Shown in pieces: positions 1 to 12,600 of a stretch of DNA of 64,000 nt. Under the pieces are notes generated by a model that saw nothing but the letters and a program-made list of their open reading frames with translations, made no database searches and was not told the DNA's origin. Source of the DNA: Vicugna vicugna (Eukaryota); assembly GCA_013265495.1 (NCBI GenBank), contig MU057416.1, forward strand, positions 304,545 through 368,544. Reading direction: 5' to 3'. A program made the position numbers and the translations under genes. The number at the start of each line of letters is the position of its first letter. The stretch's first letter is position 1.

Positions 1-1239
1 TGGTGAATATATACCATTTCCTGACTTTTCAGACTTAACTTAGCAGAGCTAAGAAACTTTCAGATAGACGCGTAATGAATGTATCGGAAGCAACGCCACA
101 CTCACGCTCTTGAGTTGTCTGGCAGATTCATGACTCTCCTGACTGATCCCTTTCCCCAGAAAATGTGTTTTGTGACTGATACTCAAGCCTCCGACTCTCA
201 TCCTGCAGATGACCGTGGTAATTTCAGCACGTAGTCACTCATTGGCCGCATTCATTTTTAATAGATCATATTCATATTTTCATGTTCCTCCAGGAAGACT
301 AATGGTTTCTCATCACAGCCTGGAACACATGTCTCTAATAACAGCTCTGGCTGAGCCAATTTTTTTTTTAACATAAAGATACACGAGTTGTTGAGTAGCT
401 TGGATATTCTGCGATTAAACTGATGAGATCAGGCAAGCCTGACTGCTTTGTTTTCTGGAAGTCAAACAGACTGCAACTGTACAGGGGATAAGTAGCTCAC
501 TTAGACAGTGAGGCACCATCGCGGAGACAGACGCTTATTAAGTTCATGGATTAATGCAGAGGCAGCGCGGGGAACGTCGCTGCAAGGGCTGGGGCGCACA
601 GCTGTGCGATGCGGCCGTCGCGGCGCTGCTGGCGGGGACGGGCTGCGGGCGCCGGAAACACAGCCGGCTCTCGGCCAGTCAGTGCAACCCCCGCTGATTA
701 GTTTTGGTTTTGTTTGCTTGTTAATGGTTTGCTGTATATAAGATTAAAAATAACTAAATTTCATCAGTGCTTTGCAACTAAGATCCACATAATGAAAAAT
801 GATTTAAATATGATTCTAAAGTTACAAGTGAGGTTTTGAATTAATCATGGAGAAAGATTGTGAAAATGTTGTGGCCGGAGTTTGCTTTCCCCCTAATTCT
901 TAGATTACTGACTTGTTATAACCTTCTTTTCCACGTTGCATGGAGCTAGGCTTAAAAAAATGCCCAAGACACAGGGTAAGTTACTTTTCTAACCAATCTT
1001 TTTTTCCTTTCTCCTTTCTTCCTTTACTTACTTTAATCAATAATTTTCCTATGATAATTTTCCTCCTCTGTTTCTTGATTTTGACCTTAATTTCTTCATT
1101 GTTATTCTCACGTTTTGTTTTCCTGAATATTTGCCCACTTGTGCCCCCTGCTACCAAGATAAAGCACATTTTGATGGAAGAGAAATGAACCTGGTGACTA
1201 AAGATGTCTGATTCTATGGTGACCCCAACATGGGAGACT

Positions 1240-1643
1240 GGTAATCTGGGCTTAAGAGTGACCCCAGCAAGGTCATGTGCTGAAGTTCTAACCCCCTAGC
1301 ACCTCAATATGTGACTGTACTTGGAGACAGAGCCTTTTAAGAGATGATTACATTTAAAATGAGGTTTTTTTTTTTTTTTTTTTACAGTGGACCCTAATCC
1401 AGTACGACTGATAGCCTTATAAGAAGAGCAGATGAAGACATAGCCACACATAGAAGAAAGGTCACATGAAGACAGAGGGAGAAGGCAGCACGTCCAGGCC
1501 AAGGAGAGAGGCTCAGGAGAAGGCAATCCTACTGAAAACCTTGATCCTGGATGTTTAGCCTCCAGAATCGTGAGAAAATAAATGTCTGTTGTTGAAGCCA
1601 CCCAGCGTGCGTTCTTTGTTACGCAGCCGTGGCAAACTAACAC
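1240..1643 (+). mobile_element. Solo ERVL-MaLR LTR, MLT1B-like
   Basis: Characteristic segments: ccctaatccagtacgactg, gccaaggagagaggctcagg, agcctccagaatcgtgagaaaataaatgtctgttgttgaagccacccag; ends caaactaacaca. Confidence 0.85.
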
Positions 1644-1966
1644 AGCTGGTTGAATATATCACCATTCCTTTGCAAGATTCAGAATGGCAAGGGTAAAATC
1701 ATATCATTCTGTTATTCATTCAGTCAACAAAGAGTTGCCAAGACACATCTCAGCACAGTAACCAAGACAGGAAGCCAGAGATTTCTACTCTCATGGGGCT
1801 TACCAAAACATTACATGCAAAAGTGCTTTGTACATAAAGTGGTTAAATACATTTATTGGATTATTGGAAATATTCTTATTTTCAAAAGCAACAACAGAAA
1901 GGCCTGCATTAATAGAAGAGTCAAATTCCAAAGCTCAAGATTATTTACATGTGTTCATCTCCATGG

Positions 1967-2190
1967 TAATAGTGAACATTTACCGAGTATTTATTATGTG
2001 CCAGATGCCATTTCAAGTGCTTTGTTAGCAATGGTTTATTTTCTTTTCAGAACAACACAAATAGGTAGGTGCTCATAAGATGCTCATATTTTCCTCATTA
2101 TACACATAGAAAATCTGGGACACAAGAAATTTAAATAACTGGCCCAAGATGACACAGCTGAGAATAGCAGCAAGTGATAAATCAAGATGT
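1967..2190 (-). mobile_element. MIR SINE
   Basis: aacatttaccgagtatttattatgtgccag, followed by the core-like gaaaatctgggacacaagaaatttaaataactggcccaagatgacacagct. Confidence 0.75.
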
Positions 2191-3569
2191 GGAAGCTGAA
2201 AACAATCACGACACAGTAAGTTGCCAGCATGTCATAGAGTTGTTGGAAATAACGGTTGGAAAGGTTTGGCTGGGAGAAGTCTTCCAATGAGCCAGCCTCT
2301 GACCTTGGCCTCGTGGGCAGCAGACTTCAAACAGCAAAAACGTGGTAACTGAAAAGAAAACACGTAAGTAAGGGAAAGGATGAGATGCATTTTGTCTGCT
2401 GATACTTTTTAAATATATATCTGCAGGAGGAGTTGATGTGTTAAGAAGAGAAATGAGGCAGTAAAGGAAAGATGGTGATAGAATCATCTAATCAGCATAA
2501 AGTTTGGTGCAATGGGGCGTGTGTGCCTCCCAAGAAATCTTGTTAAGCGGGCGTTTTTTTTTAGTATCAGATGACAGAATAGAAGGAGCGAGACTACCTA
2601 ATGGCGGTTGCCAATCCGGTCTCCTCTAGAGAATTGCTCTATAGAAATGGTAAGTTTCTGATCATTTCCAATTTTTATTTGGCTAATTAAAGTGTAGTAT
2701 GGTTTAACAATGAATTGAATAGATTCAGAATTTGCATTTATAAGTAAAACAATATTAAAGAACCCTGCTAAGAGTGTTTTCCGGAGTACATGTGTTTATG
2801 TAAGTTTCTCCCTGCTTAAAAAACTAAGCAAAACAACAGTAAACATTGAAAGGCCATTATTGGTTGATTCTTATTATGTAGCAAACCTCTAATTTCATTT
2901 TCCCTTAGACCAGTTTTTTTCTTCTCATTCAACTAAGTAACTTGTCTTGGCCGGCTGTAAGGCTTAAGTGCCCTAAATTACTTTAATTTTTTCAGTGTTG
3001 TAGATGGGCTATGAATGCTCAAGAAACTTAAATGCTGAAATACTAAAATTACAACATGCACAACAAGTCGCACATCCTCCCATATGCGGGAGTGTCAGCC
3101 TTCCGGAGGCAGCTGATTTGTAGGAAGCCAAATTCATCCGCACTTACTGAACAAACAGAGAACTTTTCAAATCTTTTAAAAGCTGTGAGACTCTGAGCTT
3201 TTAAAATTGTAGAGACAATTCAAACAGGAAAAATAGATGAGCATGGGGAGAGAAAGAATCTCTGTGTGCTGGGAGGGAGTGAGGACCAGGCTTGGTAGAG
3301 GTTTGAGCAGTTGAAGACAAACCAGTGAGCGACATGTGGTGGTTTTCGTGGCTGTGATCAGTGTATCATTAAGCCAGAGTTTGCAAGATAGCTGTGCTAG
3401 AAAGCTGTTTAATACGAATTCCTTTACTCTGTGTAAGGAAAGTCAGCCTGTAGTGATGGTTGTGCAGACCATGATTTATCTAGCGTGTCAGTGGTCGGAG
3501 GCCCTTACTTTCCCCGTGGGACCACTACGTTTTGCTCAGTTTTCACAAAAATGTTCCTGCAGTTGATTA

Positions 3570-3935
3570 CATTTTTGTCTCTAATTGTTTGCCACTCTCT
3601 CTGTAAGAAGGTCATACTTTTTTCTCCGCTGAATTCAGACTTGATTGTGTACTTTGCTTTGGCCAATAAAACGGGAGTGGCAGGGAAGTGTGATGTTTCT
3701 CGGTAGCAGTTTTAAGGGCCCTCATGTGGTTTTACCATGGCTTTTTGCTTTTGACTTAAGAATGACACATCCTTGGGAAAGCTTGCTCCTTAAGTCTGAG
3801 CCCAGGAATGAGGAAAATTTGAAGCAAGGCCAAAACCAACCCATGCTGGAGATGCAATGTAAGTTTAAAACAACTTTTGTTGTTGTTGTGTGTCGCTGAT
3901 AATTTGGGAGCCATTTATAACAGGAGCAGAATCTC
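3570..3935 (+). mobile_element. Old MaLR LTR (MLT1I/J-like)
   Basis: tgtactttgctttggccaataaaacgggagtggc; gcttgctccttaagtctgagcccaggaatgag; degenerate 3' end. Confidence 0.6.
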
Positions 3936-4844
3936 ACTTAAACCAATTGATACAGCATCCTAAATGGAGTTTCTTACTTGGCCAAAATATAGTTGTGATA
4001 CTAAAATGAGTCACATGGTCTCGAGCCCAATGTTTGCCCTGTTTCCCCTTTTTCCCTTCTCTCTGTTCCTCTCAATTTCTTTCTGTGAACAGCTCGGGAG
4101 TGAGAACCCCTATGCTATCTTTCTAATTCCTGAGAATCTATAAATTAAATAAGGGTCCTCAAACACACAAAATAAATCATGAAAGCATGATTACAGGAAA
4201 TCTCATCCAATGTTCTCATTGCACCTAGGCCTGTGAGTTGAAGTCCAGAGACACACACTGGCTTGTCCAAGTTCATGCAGTGAGGGAGTGACAAAGTGAG
4301 CTAGAAAGCTAATATCAAGGCTCCTGGCCCAGGGCAGTTTCCATTAGCGCCTTCAGCCTCCCCAGGGAATTTCAAGATGCTACAACGAGCTCTGACACAA
4401 TATTTTTCTCTTTTGAGCGTTTGGAAAATGACTCATATGTATATAACAGACACAGCAGGAAAACAGGCGTGAAGCATTCAGGGAACAAAATTATAACTTC
4501 TCAGTCTGTCTCTAAGAACCAGAGGAGACACAGGAGAGGCAGGAATGCAGGCAATGTTGGCTACTTACCCTTGCTGGATCAAACAGGAGGGTTTCATCAG
4601 AACAAACCAACTGGAGCCTGTGAGCAAATGAATTTCCCTCTACAGTTATTTCTCCACCACAAGAGGAAAAAAGAGGGGGCGCAAATGCACAGGGAAGGAC
4701 CCTTTTCCAATTTCCCTTCACGTGGGAAAACTGAACCTCTCCCTCTGAGTGTTACAATATAAGTGTTGGCACCATTATCTCCCAGTCCTCCTCACTCTCT
4801 TTCCTTGTAAAATGACGTGGAGCTGCCCTTAAATTCTGAGCCTT

Positions 4845-5780
4845 CATAAAAAGAATCGAAACATGAGATCAAAAACCTACCTACAAACAGAAGTCCAGGA
4901 CCAAACGGCTTTACTTATGGATTCTACCAAACATTCAGAAAAGAACTGGTACTAAAGCGTCTCAAAATCTTCAAAAAAAATAAAAGTGGTGGTGGTGGTG
5001 GCAGAGGCGGAATGCTTCCAAACACAGTTTACATGGTTAGCATTACCCTGACACCAAAACCAGACAAGCGTACTACAAAAAAAGACAATTATAGGCTAAT
5101 ATCCCTGATGAACATAGATGCGAAAATTCTCAGTAAAATGTTAGCAAGTCAAATTCAATAATACATTAAAAGGATCATATGTTATGATCAAGTGGAATTT
5201 ATTTCAGGGATGCAAGGACAAGTCAACATCCACAAATCAATCAATGTGATGCACCATATTAACAAAATGAAGAATAAAAATTATATAATCATCACAATAA
5301 ACACAGAAAAAAAGTTAAACAAAATTCCACTTCCATTAATAATAAAAACTCTCAACAAAGGGGGTATCAGGGAAAAGCAGATCTACACAATAAAGACCAC
5401 GCAGAGCAAGCCCACTGCTAGTATCATGCTCAGTGAAAGCTTTTCTTATAAGATCAGGAAAAAAGGACCCACTGTCACCACTTTTATTCAACATGGTTTG
5501 GGAGTCCTAGCCATAGCAATTGAATAGGAAAAAGAAATAAAATCATCCAAATTGGAAAGAAAGAAGTAAAACTGTCATTATTTGCAGATGGAATATTACA
5601 CAGCTGTAAAAAAGAATGAAATCCTGCTATTTGTGGCAACACAGATGGACCTTGAAGGCCTTACAGTAAGTGAAGTAAGTCAGACAGGGAAAGCCAAGTA
5701 CCATATGATCTCTCTTATATTTGGAAAGCAAAAAAAAAAAAAAAAAAAAAAAAAAGAAAAAAGAAAAAAGAAAGAAAAGA
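4845..5780 (+). mobile_element. L1 fragment: degenerate ORF2 reverse-transcriptase region joined directly to the ORF2 C-terminus, followed by an A-tract
   Basis: Translations resemble L1 ORF2 (SPGPNGFT, NYRLISLMNIDAKI, EFISGMQGQVNIHKSINVMHHIN, LSLFAD) and then MEYYTAVKKNEI. Multiple stops and frameshifts; A-rich run about 5730-5780. Confidence 0.92.
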
Positions 5781-5809
5781 AGAACAGGAAGAGTGGATGT
5801 GGTAGCCCA

Positions 5810-6070
5810 GGAAGACTCCAAACTTGCCTCCCATTTTTCTGGCCTGAGAAGCTGGGTGAGCAGTGGCACCCATTAACTGAGAGATACGGAGACTGCATGC
5901 AGGCAGAGAAGTTTCAGGATTTGAGGGAGGAAATCCAGAGTTCAGATCCCGGCATGTCAATTAAGCTCTCCCTTAGACACAAAAGTGGGTCATGTAGGCG
6001 GTAGGATAAATGAGACTGAAGCTCAGAGAAGAGATTTGGGCTTGAGTTAAAAAATTATGAGAATCACCAT
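5810..6070 (-). mobile_element. L2 fragment
   Basis: ggcacccattaactgaga, and gagactgaagctcagagaagagatttgggcttgag, typical of antisense L2. Confidence 0.6.
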
Positions 6071-6789
6071 GACAGGCTTATTACGAGTCCATGGCCAGAT
6101 CTCAAGTGCAGTCAGTGGCAGAAATACTCCAGCTCATCCCAGATCCCGCTGCCTTCTCTTCCCGAGGTCCCCGCGGAGGTAAAAATAGGAATTCATGTAT
6201 TTTTCAGAGACTGCCTCAGTCGCCAACCTTCAGATTCCCTGCACGGACCCTCACGCTGTCTCCTTCCTCGGTCTATGTGAGGATTCCTGCTCAAATTTTA
6301 CAAGTTATGCAGACTGAGTTTTATTACCCAAATGAAAACTCTATTTTATTGAAGTCCAGTGTAAGATGAGGTAAGGCAGACACAAATATTTCTAAGTTAG
6401 CAAAAAATAAAACTCAGCCGACTTTAATACGTGGGAAGGTTATAAAGCGTCTAACTCCCCTTTGCAAAGTATTATTCCAGTCATGTCCTTTCACAAGCCC
6501 CAAACTGTTAACAAGCCCCCCACTTCGACAGTAAGCACGCCCCCGCCCCCCGCGTCCTGGCGTCTGCGCAGCGCGGCGCATCTGAGTGTTGCAGACCCCT
6601 GCTCTCTCGGGCAGGAAGCCCCGGGCTGCTCCCTCACAGCCCTGACGCTTCCTCCTCACGTGGCGCCTCCATGTTTGCAGTTTCTGTCTCTGAAGGAGCT
6701 ACAGGATTGACTCCTTTTTCTTTATACCCACTTGCAGGGCTGTTACATCACTGCACTTTCTCCTCTAGGTGTGGGAAATAACCTCCTCA

Positions 6790-7300
6790 TCACACCAAGT
6801 CTTGCCCCTTCCAATCCATCCCCAATCCATAGACTCATCTTTTGAAGATACAGCTGCCCTCATGTCAGCCTTCTGGTAAACCATCTACTTCCCCTAGACA
6901 CTGGGGCAAAGTCTTGCAAGTGGTCTCCAAGTACCTCCTTCTCAACACACAGCTTTATCCTCCTTGTCTCTCCTAAGCTCCAGCCATACTGGATTCCTCT
7001 CTCATCTTGAAACAGGCTGTTTCTCCCCCTCCAGGGCTTCCAAACATCATTTTCTTTGGCTGGAACGTTTCTTCCACTGACCTCCGTTTATTCGTCCTTC
7101 AGGTCTCAATTTCCCCGAGGTATCTCTGGCCAAATGCGTCGTGAAGTTGAACCTCACACTTTTCTGTAGCCCTTACTAAACATCCGTAAGTGTTTGTTAA
7201 ATTGCATGGAAAGGGAGGTGCCCATCCTTTCCCTGGATGTGTCTCCAGCGGCTCACAAAATGCCTGGAATATAGCAGCCACTCAAAAGTATATTTGGTAT
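6790..7300 (+). mobile_element. L2 3' fragment
   Basis: ctccagccatactggattcct; tccttcaggtctcaa; aatgcctggaatatagcagccactcaaaagtatatttg. Confidence 0.65.
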
Positions 7301-7668
7301 AAAAGCTATTGTCTGAAATTGTCACCATCGTCCTCAGGTTTGACTATAAATCTCTGTTTTTGAGAAGGCTTTGTAAAGAGATGATCAGGTGAGGGTGTGG
7401 TAGGGGTGGGAGGGAGAAATCGAGGGTCAGGATCTCCAGGAGGAGCAGGACAAAGTGCAGAGAAGGGTGTACTTAAGATAAACAGACCCCAAAGAAAGAG
7501 GAGAAAAATTTTTAAAAAGGGACGTGGACTCAGCAAGTGAGGGGGGCGGTGACAGAGGAATCAAAAGAACAGAACAGCCCTTGGCCGTTCACTGATTCGA
7601 GGGGCTCTGGCTTTTCTTGAAGAAATCTGAGCACCGTCAGAAATCAGCCTAGAAGGAAACTCAGTGCG

Positions 7669-7792
7669 TCAGGCCACTAGGCGGAGCTTGCAGGGGGCTT
7701 CAGGCCACTAGGCGGAGCTTGCAGGGGGCTTCAGGCCACTAGGCGGAGCTTGCAGGGGGCTTCAGGCCACTAGGCGGAGCTTGCAGGGGGCT
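7669..7792 (+). repeat. Perfect tandem repeat, 4 x 31 bp (TCAGGCCACTAGGCGGAGCTTGCAGGGGGCT)
   Basis: Identical copies at 7669-7699, 7700-7730, 7731-7761 and 7762-7792. Confidence 0.98.
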
Positions 7793-9019
7793 GTGGCTGT
7801 TACCCGCACACCCCCCAGTGCGAGCAGCCCGGGCCGCCCCGCGCCGTCGGCGTCCGGCCCGCGCTGTCCCACGCGGGCTGCGCAGCTCGGCCCGATGATC
7901 CAAGGCCCCGCCGCCATTTGCCAAGAGTCTCGTGTTTTCACTGTGTGATCGCGAACCGTTCATTGGAGGCTGTGCCTCCATGCCGCGTTGGAAGATAGAA
8001 AATCTTGTTATCTGAGATCTGTAGTCAGAAAATATTTAACAGCTGCCAAAATCTACCGCAGGCTGTAGAATATTATCTCACGTGTGAACCGAAAGTACAC
8101 TTAAATGGGATGCACATTTACTATACACATACCGTGCAAGGGACAACTGTGCTGAGCAGCTTCATTTTGGCAGGGCCAGTACCAAACGGTCCCTTTGTCC
8201 AACGTTAACCACACACCTTTGACTAGATTTGGGTTCCATCTTTAACGCAATGCTGGACATTCACACCAATCTTGAAAAAGTCGGAGGACTCACACGTTCC
8301 AATTTCAGGTTTTACTACAAAGCCACAGTCATTCAGATAGTGTAGGGCTGGCCCAGAGGGCAACGTGCCGACTGATGGAAATGACAAGGCCATGCCAGGT
8401 CCAAGTGACCTCCGAGGGGAAGAACTGCAAAACTGCACTGCAGAGAAGAGGGCAGGGTGAAGAACTGCGGGCACTTTCTGTCACCAATATGCAGTCGTCT
8501 ATCTTCTGCCATAGATGCTCATGGTCCTTCCACCTGCAAAATGTCTTCACCCCCTTTCAGGATCCTCAAAGTGTTACCCACCTGCAGCAGGAGGGTCAAA
8601 ATTCAGTATCTTGGATTCTGCATCAGCTCTTGATGTGACTCCTCTTGATGTAGAGACTTAAGGACCAAAAACACAAGGTGTCTGTCTCACATCCTCCCAA
8701 CATACAAGGATGGGAACGGAGGATGATTCCCTTACTAAACATGTGCACTTGAAAAAGTGATGAATAAGAGCTACAGCAGCCCCTGACCCATAGCATCCCA
8801 GAATCCGGGTGAGCCGTGTCCCCAGAGCCCCTGCCCTGGCAGTGGGAGGATTTCTACTGCAAAACACGGCCTTTGAAGAAATTCCCTCGTTCTTCATTGT
8901 CTGCAGAAAGTTGGAAGCCGGAAGCCTTTTTGGTTTTTAAATAGTTTCATTTTCAGTCTGGCAACGCTTTTGCTTATATACCTCCCTTAATAACTTTTCA
9001 GGTTTTCTATGAATCGGAT

Positions 9020-10143
9020 CCCACTCAATTCTAAATCAAAAGGCCATGCCTACAGTTTGAGAGAGAAGCCTCTCTCTAGGTTTAATCACAGCTATTTGGG
9101 GCATATCAAGTTCTTGTGAGATTTCTACAATCCCGGAAGACTTTGAGAAGCTCTTTTTTCCTAGCTGAGAGTGCCCACTGGGAACCAGCTTAATCCTTTC
9201 AGGAGTATCACAAAGGACTGCAGAAGCGCCCTGTTTATTTGATCTCCTCCCCAAGCTTTTAGAATTTTTTTGCTGGCTGGAGATGCTAGGGATTAAAAAA
9301 AAAAAAGTCTTATTTTCCAGCCCAATAAGGCTTTTCCCTTCTACATGTCCTCTAAATTACTCTTACAGATTGTTCAGTTCCTTCTTTAGCTCATCTAGTC
9401 CTACATCTCGTCATACGCGGCTAGAAGCAACTTGCTGGGGCTGCAGCCTTCTTTCTAAAGGTCTTCTTAACAAAATCCTAAAGTCTGTTAGGTACTTTTT
9501 CTTTTTTTTTCAATTTCCAAGTGAACATAGGTTTTGCAGCTACTACATAGCCTAGGTCTCCTTTTTTCTAGCCTTATAATACTTTTTTTTTTTTAAAGAT
9601 CATTGTTTTTCAGGCTTTGCTAACAATTTTCTCACCATTTTGCCAGTTTCTTTCTGCCACCTGGTTCTAAAGCCAATGCCATATATTTTAAGTTTTTGTT
9701 ATGGTATCATTTCTTCTAGGTATCAATTTCTATATCAATTATTAATTGACACAAGTCACAATAAGATCCCAAGCATAATAACCCAGGTAGCAAGCAGGCA
9801 TTTAATCTGAGAGTCAAATTGTCTGGGCTGGTCTTGTCTGATAGCTCACTCAGAGGTCTGGGGGATCAGCAGGCTGATCAGCTGGGGACGCCCCTCCTTC
9901 AGTGATTTTCTTCGGCTTCGTCACACAGTATCCTTAGAGTTCCAAGGACGTGAGCAGAAACACACATGCCTTCTTGAGGTTTAAGCTAGAAACAAGTACC
10001 CGATCTCTTCTGCCTCACTCTCTTTGCCCAGTGAAGTCACTGGGACAGCCCAGATTCAAGGGGAAATGGACTCCAGCTGGGTTGCTGAGGGCACGTATAA
10101 GGGGTAGGTAAAGAACTGGGGCCATTTTTGCAGCCAGTCTGCA
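9020..10143 (-). mobile_element. ERVL-MaLR remnant: internal segment (to about 9730) plus MLT1-type LTR (about 9730-10143)
   Basis: MaLR internal/LTR junction-like tttttgttatgg...taggtatcaatttcta; LTR-like ttctgcctcactctctttgcccagtgaagtcactgggacagcccagattcaagggga...ggggccatttttgca. Confidence 0.6.
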
Positions 10144-10149
10144 GTTCCT

Positions 10150-10685
10150 TTCCCTCCCTCACAATTCCACATACAAACGACTGGGAGATGCTGTTAACTC
10201 TTCCTTCTAAGTAAAACTGAAATTTCTCACCCTTCACTTTCTCCACTACTTCACTTACTTTTGCCCTTGGTTTCCTGTTATCCATCCTCCATACATCAGC
10301 CAGTTTACCTCAGAAATACGAAGTCAGACCATATCACTCATCTCATTAAAACCTTGAATGAGTTTTCTTCTTACACTTGGTAAAATCCAAATTCTTTATA
10401 ATGGTCTACAAATATGACAAGTCTGTCCTCGTTCCTCACTCCTTGCTCCTCCCTGCCGTCCTTACCCTGGTTTGCTGGTGACCATCTCACTGGTCCTTAC
10501 GCCTTTCCTAAAAGGGCTAAGGTCTCGCCTCAGGGACTGTGCACTTCTATGTCTTCCACTCAGAATGCTCTCCCCCACCCCCCAAGTGCCTCATTCTCAC
10601 ACGTCTCTCAGGTGTCTATTTCAAAACTACCTTTTCAGAGGTACATTCCCTGACCCTATGTAAAGTAGCCTCTCCATCATGGCCT
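10150..10685 (+). mobile_element. L2 fragment
   Basis: aagtcagaccatatcactca; cctcagggactgtgcacttctatgtcttccactcagaatgctctcccc; accttttcagaggtacattccctgacc. Confidence 0.65.
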
Positions 10686-10688
10686 AGA

Positions 10689-11500
10689 CAGTGGTCCCCT
10701 CTTACCTTCACTGGATGTGTCCCGAGACCCCCAGTGGATGCCTTGAACCGCAGACAGCGAGTCCTCTATGTACTATGTTTTTTCCCTTATGTATGCACCT
10801 ATAATAGAGTTTAACTTATAAATTAGAGATTAACAATAACTAATAATAAAATAGAACAATTATAACATATTCTGTAATAAATTTATGTGAATGTGGTCCA
10901 TTTCTCTTTCTCTCAAATACTGTACAAATTTAGTGCCTTTCCCATCTTAACTAAGCACCTATCACACACTGTGGCCATAACTTTTGCAGTTTGAGGCGTG
11001 ACAACAAAACTAGAACACATTTCTTTTTCCTTCTTCACAAATTCATGAATAGAAGATTCATTCTTACTGTAGATTTTAGCAACATCAAAATATAATTATT
11101 TTTTCTTTCCTTATTAAGTCAAGAACTTTCACCTTTTCACATAAGGGAAGCACTTTAAGGCTTCCCTTTGGCGTATCTGAATTGCCAGCATCACCACTTT
11201 TGCACTTTGGGGCCATTAGTAAGTAAAATATGGCTAATGAACAAAAGTGCTGTGGCCTGATAACGAAGATGGCTACTGAGTGGCCACTGGGCAGGATTCA
11301 CTGGACAAAGGGATGATTCACTTCCCAGGCAGGACCGAGTGGGTTGCTGTGAGATTCCATCACCCAGCACAGAATGGTGCACAACTTAAAATGTAAGAAT
11401 TGTTTATTTCTGGAATTTTCCATTTAATAGTTTTGTACTGTGGCTGACCACAAGTCACTGAAACCATGGAAAGCAAAACCATGAATAAGGGGGATGACTG
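10689..11500 (-). mobile_element. MER44/Tigger7-type TcMar-Tigger DNA transposon deletion derivative with a frameshifted transposase 5' remnant
   Basis: Terminal inverted repeats cagtggtcccctctta and taagggggatgactg, the latter followed by TA (11501-11502). Minus-strand ATG at 11216 reads MAPKCKSGDAGNSDTPKGSLKVLPLCEKVKVLDLIRKEK, then reaches a stop. Confidence 0.88.
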
Positions 11501-12319
11501 TACCTCTGATTCCACTACATTCTCCTTTGAAGAACCAAAAGTTCTTCATTGCTTTTGCACATTAAATGAGTAGCTTTTGCCATCATTGTTAGTTTTTCAC
11601 ATCATTTTACTAATCACAATAAGTATATGTTTACAATTCTATGGGTGAATAAAATTTCAATATATAGATTGCACAAAAAAACATTTTCCATTCAAGTTCT
11701 TTGTGGATTGGTTACCTATATTTGAAGGAAGGTATCTAGTTTACACTCATTGTATGACCAATGTGGAGATGCCTGTTGGATGTCCGTATGCACACAATCC
11801 CAGATCACAGACAAACACAGCAACGCCTCAAATGACAGTCCTTTCAGCAAATCCTCCAACAGCCAAGGATGCAGCTCAGTGGGAGATCTGGGCCCACATC
11901 TCTGTTTTTAACCTGTTCTCTAACTTTGCCTCACAATGACCCTTGAGGAGCGTGTTAATTCTGTTTCACAGATGACAAAACTGAGATTTAAAGATGCTGG
12001 AAAATCCAAAGTTGCTGACCTGCTAGGAGGTGGGAACAGGACTTCAAGTTAAATATGCTAGATTTTAACAACAAATTTCTTATGTTTCCTCTTAAGAGAT
12101 CCTTGTCCGACAAGAAGAGAAAAGTAGAAGATGACAAATAGTTACAATACAGACTGGAGAGGAATGGGGACCATGACGGTTTCAAAGTTGTGTCTCTCTT
12201 CATAGGGAAGTGGGTGGCCTCAACCTGCCCTCATTCCTTCCTCCCAAACTCTTCTGGGTTCTTCTGTCCTTACTGACTCAGAGCACTGGCCCAGCACCCT
12301 CAGGTTCCCTATTTGCCAC

Positions 12320-12600
12320 CGACCTGTCTATCTATCTGTCCATCGATCTATCACTTATGTATCTGTCATCTCTCTGTCCATCCACTGGCCTGCTTCTCCA
12401 TCTGTCCATCAGTCTGTCATCTGTCTGTTGTTCATCATCTTTCATCTATTATTTATCATCTTACTACCTACCGTCTATCCATCATCCAACTACCTATTAG
12501 CTATCTATCCATCTACTTATTTGTCTATCTATCACCTAACTATCTATCTACTATCTATTCATTTATCTATCTGCCCACCTCTGTAACATCTATGTATCCA
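12320..12600. repeat. Degenerate (TCTA/TCCA/TCTG)n simple repeat
   Basis: Dense run of tetramers such as ctgtctatctatctgtccatc and tatctatcta. Confidence 0.85.

Noticed and set aside
5192..6004. ORFs 5192..5527 and 5582..6004 as genes
   Set aside because: They are degenerate L1 ORF2 pieces running into an A-tract and L2 sequence.
904..6370. Plus-strand acceptor/donor pairs (about 904-975, 2571-2649, 6208-6370) as PTPRC or other coding exons
   Set aside because: Translations show no recognisable protein and such splice-like motifs are common by chance.
7669..7792. 31-bp and 48-bp arrays as CRISPR-like repeats
   Set aside because: Units are head-to-tail without unique spacers, the context is mammalian, and there are no cas genes.
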